Positions 40,429 through 64,000 of a stretch of 64,000 nt of DNA are shown one piece after another; within the stretch, counting starts at the first letter, position 1, and each line of letters starts with the position of its first letter. The notes beneath the pieces are model-generated. The model had not been told where the DNA came from, searched no databases, and was given only the letters and a program-made list of their open reading frames with translations. Position numbers and translations under genes: made by a program. The stretch lies in the NCBI GenBank assembly GCA_033442325.1, contig JAWQFM010000016.1, forward strand, positions 31,540 through 95,539. Reading direction: 5' to 3'. The stretch comes from Salpingoeca rosetta (Eukaryota > Protista > Choanoflagellata).

Positions 40429-42475
40429 CTACTCTGTGCCGGTGATGGCGTTGAGTTGATCGAGAAGCCGCGAGCACTTGTCCTTGAGGACGCCCACGGC
40501 CTCACACACCAGCACGTCCGGCTCAAGCGCGCCCGTCGACTCAACTTGGACTGCACACGCACAGGGGATTGGGGGGGGTGTTGGTGTTGGTGTTGGTGAG
40601 GTGTTCATGGAGAGTGGGGAGGAGCAAAGCGAATGAGCAACGCAGGTGCAGAACAGACGTGCATACACAAAATCGCCAGAGCGAAATCGCACCTCCACAG
40701 CACACACACACACACAGACACACACACCCCCCCCCCCGACAGCATAGGACGTACAGATGAAGTGGTTGCGCCTGCGTGTGGTGTGGACGAGCGGTGCGAG
40801 GTCGTCGTGGCGCAGATGCTCCCTGCTCATCATGTCCGCACGGCTGTTCACAACCTCTGCCTCACCGTCACGCACCTCAATCACACCTGACACACACGCA
40901 CGGCGCGCACGTGGGACAAGGCGGACGGAGAGACAAAACAGACAGGCACAAACATGAGACAATGCAAATGGGATGGGATGTGTGTGTTGTGTCCATCATC
41001 CACATTGTCATGGTGACGTATAAGCTGCACAATGACAAAAGGCATCACTGACACCACTCTTTAACATGTCACCACCACCACTGTACCGTCTGTGAAGCAC
41101 TGTTGGAGGCGGTATGCCAGGTCTCCTGTGACGCGCTGCTTGAGGACAATGTGCGGAGCGTTGCGATACGACGCGGTGGCCACGGGGGACCACTTGGCGT
41201 GCAGCTTTCCAACGCCCTTTGAGCAGTGCAGCTCCATGGACACGCGCTGGCCCGGGCGCAGCTCAACAATGGGGATGTCCTCGTGTACGGGGCAGATGGC
41301 CGTCTTGAACTGAACGCGGGCATGGTGAAGGATACGAGTGAGGGATGTATGGGTGTGTGGGTGAGGTGGGGAGAGACGGAGGATGATGTGTGAGTGAATG
41401 GAGGGGAGGGGTGCACGTGCGGATGTGTCGATGGTGTCAATGTGTGGATGTGTGGATAAAATGAGCACACGTACGTGCACACACAACCCACGCACAAACA
41501 ACGCACAGCCAACGCACAGTCAACGCACGATCAGCAACGCACAACCAACGGTCATCTCACCCGGTCTTTCTGGTTCCCTTTGGGCTGCCACTTGATATCA
41601 CTGGACATGACTGTTGCCAAACCAGACAGACCAGACAAGATAGTGTGAGTGAGCTGACGCACCCCACATCAGCAACTCCACCAGCAGCAACAAGCAATCT
41701 ACCAAGCAGTACCCACAAGCAGGACTGCGAATCATATCACGCATTCGCTCACATTCGCTCACACACACACGCACCCATGTGGTTGATGTATTTCTTGTTC
41801 TTGTCGGTTTCGCCGGCCTTGGCACCCTCGCGGTGCTTGCACTCCACATCCAGGTCAAACACGAGTGTATTCAAGTCGTTCATCTCGTTGTCTGTGGGTG
41901 GGAAGAACCATGCTTCGTGAATAGCAACACTGAGGCGTGTGTCTACTGTACGTGTGTACACTCTACACGCGCGCACAAACACAAACACACACACATGCAC
42001 AAACACAAATACACAAATACACACACACATGCACACACACATGCACACACACACAAACACAAATACACGCACATGCACACACACACACAAATACACACAC
42101 GCACATGCACACGCACACACATGCAAACTCACTGTCTTCCTCGAGGGTCCTGAAGCGACGGGCATCCACGGCAAGCGGGATGAGCCCAATGCGGTGCGCC
42201 AGCATCTCATCGGGCAAGACGCTGCTGTTGTGATAGATGTAAGCCTGCTCAATGGCCATGGTCGGCACTTCGCTGATGAGGATGCGCCGCACAGCGTTGG
42301 CGATGGCGGCATCCACACCAATCATGTCAAACTCCATGTCCATGCCGTCAATGGCCTGCATTTCAATCTTGAACTTCTCCTTGAAGGCCTGGAAGTCGTA
42401 TGCGTCTTGCGCGTCCGGGTTGCTCGGATGAAGCACATGGTCCCGCGCCATCTCAACGTGCGTTCGTGGATCCAT
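40429..42475 (-). CDS. POLR1C: RNA polymerases I and III subunit RPAC1 (RPC40)
   Basis: MEFDMIGVDAAIANAVRRILISEVPTMAIE, NSSVLPDEMLAHRIGLIP, LRPGQ, KGVGKLHAKWSPVATASYR, RNHFI, VESTGAL. The ATG at 42475 follows a splice acceptor, so an upstream exon is likely. Confidence 0.96.
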
Positions 42476-42482
42476 GCCTGGC

Positions 42483-42602
<120 letters not shown>

Positions 42603-43056
42603 TGTGTGTCTGTGTGTGCTTTGTGCTGCGCATGTGCTTCGTGTTTGGTGTGAAATGGCAAAAGCGAATTTGCCAACAACAGCAGCACAAAGGTGGGCAA
42701 AAAACTGGCACAACAACAACAGCAGTTCCGCAGGTTTGTGTGATGTGCTTGTTGTGCCTGCGGTTGTCTGCGGTTGTCTGTGCTCGTTGATAATGATGAT
42801 GATGGCGGCGGCCCTGTGCTGCCTTCATCCAACCTGCTCGATGCCACATCACTGCATTTGAGCTGAGCGTGGGCTGGACACCAGGATACCATCATTATAA
42901 AGCTTTGCAGTGTGGTGTGCTTGCGCGTATGCCTTGACTCCCTCACTGACTCATTATCTTCTTGTGTGTCTGCTCAACGCCCACAGCAGTATCACCACCA
43001 ACAGCAGTGTCGCAGTACACAGACCACCATCAGCCGAGCCGGGAACACGCCGAACC

Positions 43057-55550
<12,494 letters not shown>

Positions 55551-55704
55551 TGACGACAATGTACACAACCAGCCTCGTCATGCTTTCTCTCTTTCGCTCC
55601 CTTCTTTTTCTTCCTTCTTCCTCCTCTTTCTCCCTTGTCTTGCCTTGCCTTGCCTTGCCTTGCCTTGCCTTGCCTTGCCTTCATACTGCGTGTGGGTTGC
55701 CCTG

Positions 55705-55740
<36 letters not shown>

Positions 55741-55903
55741 GTGCGTGTGTCTTGGTTTAGGTGGTGCCGTTTCACATCTTTGCGCTGGTTCGTCGGCTGT
55801 TCTTTTCATTTATGAAGAAGCTTGGTTCATTGCGTTGTTGCACAGGCCAACACAGGCCACACACACACACACACACACACACACTCTCTCTCTCTCTCTC
55901 TCT

Positions 55904-56074
<171 letters not shown>

Positions 56075-56342
56075 GCGCACTTGCATAACAGAATTTTATT
56101 TTTGGAATTCGGTGTGTAATTAGTGACGAGTGCGCACTTGGCACAACACCAAAATTTCCTGGTGTTTTCCCTAAAATTTACACCATGGTGGATACGTCAA
56201 ATGCCACACAAAACAAAAAAACTGAACAAGCCACAAGCCAGCCAACCAGCCAACCACGAGTTGAGCTGGCGCTTTCTTGATGTCTTGTTGTGCCTTTTTC
56301 CACCGCGTGCATTTCTCTGCCACACACCTGTTGCTCCACCGC

Positions 56343-56379
56343 CTTCTCCTCCCTCCTCTCTTCTTCTTCTTCTTCTTCC
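56343..56379 (+). promoter_or_regulatory. Polypyrimidine tract just upstream of the eIF5A ATG (5'TOP-like leader, or acceptor tract)
   Basis: Uninterrupted C/T run ending ~10 nt before the ATG of a translation factor; the TSS is unknown. Confidence 0.3.
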
Positions 56380-56389
56380 AAACGCCAAG

Positions 56390-57108
56390 ATGGGTGACGG
56401 TGAATCTGGTGCCTCCAAGACCACCCCTATCCAGTGCTCTGCCCTCCGCAAGGGCGGTCACGTCATGATCAAGGGCCACCCCTGCAAGATCGTGGACATG
56501 TCCACCTCCAAGGTGCGTTTGTGTTGTTGGGTGTTGTTGGGTGTTGTGTGTGTGTGACGCGGTCATGCCTGACATGTGTTGTGTGAGCACGTGGGCACGT
56601 GGTGGTTTGGTTTTGGGATGAGGGAGAGTGGTGTTCTTTGAGGCAGGTGCTCGCTGAAGCTGCTCATGGGTTGCCTTGCCTTGCTCGCTGTTTCTTTGCT
56701 TTCCTTGCTCACTCACTCAATTACTCGTTGCTTCGTTTCGGCTGCACCTTCTTCCCTGCTTCACACACACACACACAGACTGGCAAGCACGGTCACGCCA
56801 AGGTCAACATGACTGGCGTGGACATCTTCACCGGCAAGAAGCACGAGGATATGTGCCCCTCCACCCACAACATGAACGTGCCCGTGATCAAGCGCACTGA
56901 CTGGCAGCTCATCGACATTGATGGCGAGTTCCTTACCCTCATGGACGAGAACGGCGAGACCCGCGAGGACCTGAAGAAGAGCGACGTTGACGAGGAGGTG
57001 CTCAAGGACATTGAGCGCCGCATGGAGGAAGAGGAGGACATGCTCGTCACCGTCCTCGCCGCCCTGGACCAGGAGAAGGTCGTTGGCGTCAAGACCTACA
57101 ACGTCTAA
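56390..57108 (+). CDS. EIF5A: Translation factor eIF5A (2 exons: 56390-56512, 56779-57108)
   Basis: [27 protein letters not shown]|TGKHGHAKV (hypusine site), DIFTGKK, PSTHNM. Confidence 0.98.
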
Positions 57109-57831
57109 GCAGCTTGCTCGTCCCGCCCTTCAATGGGTGCACTTGCTTGCTTGCTCTCGTTGTTTGTTTGTTGCCGCTCTTTCTTCTTCCCAGCTCAATC
57201 CTCCCCTTCCCCAATGTCTGTCCTCGTTTTGATTGATGGTGTGTTGTGCGTGCATGCAACAACAAGCGAACGCTCTGTACGTGTTGGCTTGTTGTGTGTC
57301 TTGTGGGTGCACATGCCTTCTTTCTTTCTTGGCCGTGGTCTTGTGTGTTCCTCTCCTCCTCTCTGTTTCAGCTAGATCGAGTGGGAAGTGCCGCCGCTCT
57401 TCATTGAGTGGCCACTCTCTGCTTTGTGCGGGTGTGCCTCTCTCCCCTCCAATGTCCTTTTTTTTTTTTTCCACCCGTGTCATGGTGATGTTCACTTGAC
57501 ATGCTGGGCGTAAGGGGGAAGGCCATCCAAACGTGCCTTCATCCTCCCTGTTTAATTTTCCCTCTTCTTTCCCCCTTGTCTCCTCCTCCCCTTTTGCGTC
57601 GCCCTGCATGACTGTCTGTGGCGTGGCGGTGGTGGCCGTGGCAGCACGGGCAGCTTGCCTGCCGCCCACTTGCCTGTCTTGAAAGCGGTGTTGGGTCCAT
57701 AATGAACGTGTGATGGCGAAACTGCAGCTGTGGAACACAAGACATCAAGTTGGGGGGAGAAGAAGGGATGGTCAGTTTTTCACACCACACACACAGAAGA
57801 CGCAGTGTAACATAAGAGACGAGCCACAGTC

Positions 57832-58129
57832 ATGGATGCAGGTTCAGCTCGCAGGCACGGCCGCACGCTCCACGCTGAGAAGGTCACCAATCGCTTGCCT
57901 GTGTGCGGGGGTGTGCCTGTGGGTGCAGCAGGCAGTGCTCACACGTTGTTTGTGTGTCGCTGTGTGGATGTGCAGTCGAAGAGGAGGCAGGACAAGGCGC
58001 CGTCGCAGACTGATTTGATTGTACATGAAGGTGTGTGTGTGTGTGTGCGTTCGTGTGTGCGTTCGTGTGTGTCTGTGTCTGTGTGTGTCTGTGTGTGTCT
58101 GTGTGTGTCTGTGTTGTGTGTCCGTGCGT

Positions 58130-58213
<84 letters not shown>

Positions 58214-58389
58214 CTGTGTCTGTTGTTCGTACGGACGGTCATGCCACGGGGTGTCGATGTCCTTGCATCTGTGCCCCTGCTCCCTGTTGCAATGCATACC
58301 TCACAGTGTGAGCCATCTCCTCCCCTCCCCCACCACCAGGCTTCTACAACGCCTTTCCTGACGACTTTGATGACGATGACCTGAACTGA
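57832..58389 (+). CDS. COPS9: COP9 signalosome subunit 9 (CSNAP/MYEOV2)-like microprotein, ~51 aa, 3 exons
   Basis: Exons 57832-57882, 57976-58030 and 58340-58389 give [51 protein letters not shown]. The C-terminus matches CSNAP [20 protein letters not shown]. Exon 1 is less certain. Confidence 0.78.
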
Positions 58390-59122
58390 TACGGACAATA
58401 TGGCTCACCCATTCCGCTGCGTATCTTGTCGACTGTAATGGAACCCTTATTTGCATGCGCGTGTGTGTGTGTGTCTGTGCCTGTGTCTGTGTCTGTGTCT
58501 GTGTCTGTGTGTCTGTGTCTGTGTGTCTGTGTGTCTATGTGTGTCTGTGTGTCTATGTGTGTCTGTGTCTGTGTGTCTGTGTCTGTGTGTCTGTGTGTGT
58601 GTGTGTGCGCGTATGTGTGCCTGTGTGTGTGTCTGTGTCTGTGTCTGTGTGTCTGTGTCTGTGTGTCTGTCCATCTGTCTGTCTGTCTGTACCTACTCGT
58701 CCGCCTGCCTCGTAACTTGATCTCCATCCTGTCAGTCTCGCTCCCTCCCCCCCCCCCCCCATTTGCCTTCCCCGTCCCTCCTCTACTCCCATCCCTCCTT
58801 CGCACACATCCACACGCCCGCTAACTCTTGTCACACCATTAAAGACCTGCCTCACATCTCATGCAATTCTTGGGGAGCTTTAGTGTCATATCCACAAGTC
58901 CATATGGGCGCAAAACACACCGGGCGTACACTCAGAGAACCAGACAAAGGGAGGATACAAAAAGAGAGAGGGGGGGGATTGGAAGATCTAACGACTGGTT
59001 GTGGTAGGGGGCGACGAGGGCTGTGTGTGGTGGTGTTTCGGGGTTGTTGGGACGCGTGCACACGAAGGGGTTCACGTGTCATCTCCGGGGTTGGGGGGAG
59101 GGGGAACCGCAGCATTGAGGGT

Positions 59123-59485
59123 TTACTCGAGCGTGCCGAGGATGTCAGAGTCACGGAAGAGGAACAGATCCTATGGAGGTTGAGAGTGCAGGAAGGGAGG
59201 AGGGAGGGGGACAACGTGTGGCGATGTCAGACCATGAGCAGATGAGACATTGGAGAACAAGCGAAAGGCTGTGTGCACATCAACAACAAAACAAGCGCAC
59301 GCACGCATTATGCATGCATGCATTCACGCAAACAGATTTGTCACACACACGCACGCATACATGTGTGTGTGTGTGTGTGTGTACCTGGTCGTCGATGGTG
59401 ACCTTGGTGCCGCCAAACTCGGGCAGAAGCACCTTATCGCCCTCCTTCACTGCACACGGCATGAACTCGCCAGACTGTGCATTGT

Positions 59486-59537
<52 letters not shown>

Positions 59538-60393
59538 TATGTGTGTGTGTGTGTGGTGTGTGTGCGAGTGTGTGTGTGTGCGAGTGTGTGTGAATGTGTG
59601 AATGTGTGCATGTGTGTGTGCGAATGTGTGTGCGTGTGAGTGAAGATGTGTGAATGTGTGCGTGAGAGACATATTGTGAGAGGTACGTGTGAGCGACATT
59701 ATGCAAGGTATTGTGCGTGGGTGTGGGTGTGTGCTGAACGGCAAGACGAGAATGCGCGACAATCAAGACACATGGTCTCAAGCGCTCTGTACCTCTGTGC
59801 GAAGACCCTTGCCCGTGGCAACAACAACACCCTCGTTGGGCATCTTCTGTGCCTGCTCGGGGAGCAGAATGCCGCCCTTTGTCTTCTGCAATGTGGAGAG
59901 TGAAGGATGGGTGAGTGGGTGTGGTTGGTGCCTTGGTAATGGAAACGAGACTAAGAGCGCAACCAGAGACAAGAGGGGAGGGCGATGATGCACACACACA
60001 CACACCACACTCTACACTACACACACTCACACTCACTCGATAACACTCACTCACTACACACTACACACACTACACACACACTCTCTCTCTACACTCACTA
60101 CACACACACTACACACTCTACACACATACACACTACACGAGCACTGCAGACGCACCGCCTCGGGGATGACGCGACGGACAAGGACGCGGTCAAAGAGGGG
60201 GATGAAGCGACGAAGGCTCTGCATGCGTCAAGGCAGCCAAGCAAACGCGTGAGCGAGGAGGGACGCACAACAAGCGACAGATGGCGGTGACGCGTGCGAA
60301 TCAACAACCAGGACAAGTGACAAAGCCAGTGAGCTGCAACCCACAGGGACAGCACCACATTGGACCACAGTCCACCCAACACTCGCTCACCAT
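59123..60393 (-). CDS. HSPE1: Mitochondrial co-chaperonin HSP10 (Cpn10), 5 coding exons
   Basis: M|SLRRFIPLFDRVLVRRVIPEA|KTKGGILLPEQAQKMPNEGVVVATGKGLRTE|SGEFMPCAVKEGDKVLLPEFGGTKVTIDDQ|DLFLFRDSDILGTLE*. Confidence 0.97.
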
Positions 60394-60904
60394 GGTGCTT
60401 GTTGGTTGTTGACGGTGGTCAATTCGTACTGCTGGGTACAACGGAACAAGAAGAGCAGTGCAACAGGAGAACAGTGGATGAGTGAGGACGAGCAACAATC
60501 AGGAGCACTGCAGTTGCACGACAAGCAAGTAAGGGCTGTCAAGAGGGAACGACTGGGGGAAGAGAGGTGAATGCGTTCCCTCTTGGCCCTTTCTCCCACA
60601 TCCACACATGGACCCCAAGGCGAGGCAAGCAAGCGAGGCGTGAGGCACTCACAGGCGTTGTTGCAGCGTCCACGTGTATGTGTTCGTGTTCGTGTGTGTG
60701 TGTGATTTGCGGGATTTGTGCGGTTGGCGAGAAGCTTCCTTCTGCTGCTTGCGTGTTCTTGCTCCGCTCGCAGGAAATTGCTGACTCAGCATTGCGAACC
60801 AGGAGACGACACACAAACAAACACACACAACGACGAACAACGACAACGATGACACACATCTCCTTTGCCCGCAACCAAGACACGAACCACCAGGAGGGAG
60901 CAGG

Positions 60905-63078
<2,174 letters not shown>

Positions 63079-63188
63079 GTGCCTTTGCATCCTCCCTCGC
63101 GTCGTGGTTCCACTACATGTACAAGTATGTGTGCGTGTGTGGATGGGTGTGTGCGTGTGCGTGTGCGTGTGTGTGTGTGCGTGTGCGC

Positions 63189-63292
<104 letters not shown>

Positions 63293-63440
63293 CATTGTAC
63301 ATGCGCACACTGAAACATATATTGTTTTCGCCTCTCTCATGACAATCTCTTCTACTCCTTTTCAGGCGCGAGGAGAGAGGAAAACATATCTTGACACCTA
63401 CAACACCCACAAAGAGTGTGTGTGTGTGTGTGTGTGTGTG

Positions 63441-63925
63441 NNNNNNNNNNNNNNNNNNNNNNNNNNNNNNNNNNNNNNNNNNNNNNNNNNNNNNNNNNNN
63501 NNNNNNNNNNNNNNNNNNNNNNNNNNNNNNNNNNNNNNNNNNNNNNNNNNNNNNNNNNNNNNNNNNNNNNNNNNNNNNNNNNNNNNNNNNNNNNNNNNNN
63601 NNNNNNNNNNNNNNNNNNNNNNNNNNNNNNNNNNNNNNNNNNNNNNNNNNNNNNNNNNNNNNNNNNNNNNNNNNNNNNNNNNNNNNNNNNNNNNNNNNNN
63701 NNNNNNNNNNNNNNNNNNNNNNNNNNNNNNNNNNNNNNNNNNNNNNNNNNNNNNNNNNNNNNNNNNNNNNNNNNNNNNNNNNNNNNNNNNNNNNNNNNNN
63801 NNNNNNNNNNNNNNNNNNNNNNNNNNNNNNNNNNNNNNNNNNNNNNNNNNNNNNNNNNNNNNNNNNNNNNNNNNNNNNNNNNNNNNNNNNNNNNNNNNNN
63901 NNNNNNNNNNNNNNNNNNNNNNNNN
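63441..63925. other. Assembly gap
   Basis: Run of n flanked by (GT)n and (GA)n repeats. Confidence 1.
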
Positions 63926-63927
63926 GG

Positions 63928-64000
<73 letters not shown>

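Noticed and set aside
57490-58900. Chain of small minus-strand exon-like islands between eIF5A and HSP10
   Set aside because: No consistent recognisable reading frame; the plus-strand COPS9-like model explains the centre of the interval better.
60730-60739. nGAAnnTTCn heat-shock-element-like motif upstream of HSP10
   Set aside because: Only two pentamers, ~340 nt from the ATG; too weak to call.

Overview
Intron-rich, GC-rich eukaryotic DNA with (CA)n/(GT)n microsatellites in most introns and three N gaps. The gene content (classical dynamin, LARGE, Siva, dysbindin, Arpin, KIF14) and intron style suggest a unicellular holozoan, most likely a choanoflagellate such as Salpingoeca (inference only). 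Most entries in the ORF track are microsatellite artefacts, so I rebuilt genes by hand from GT-AG exons and checked exon phases; family assignments come from remembered motif similarity, not database searches. In order: a solitary 5S rRNA gene, an exostosin-like relic, an intronless secreted 7-repeat beta-propeller, Siva-like, NUBP1/Nbp35 (middle exons missing), dysbindin-like, gamma-SNAP, LARGE-like glycosyltransferase, glycyl-tRNA synthetase, ABCB10-like transporter, dynamin, an intronless F-box/LRR-like orphan, MRPS18C, Arpin, POLR1C, a KIF14-like kinesin-3, eIF5A, a ~51-aa CSNAP/COPS9 microprotein, HSP10 and the 5' part of a hormone-sensitive lipase. Most notable: (1) the kinesin-3 ends in an in-frame talin/HIP1-type I/LWEQ (THATCH) module, making it a candidate microtubule-motor/F-actin linker; (2) a probable non-AUG-initiated mitochondrial GlyRS isoform; (3) a recurrent 5'-(GU)n...(CA)n-3' intron polarity, with some acceptors lacking a polypyrimidine tract.
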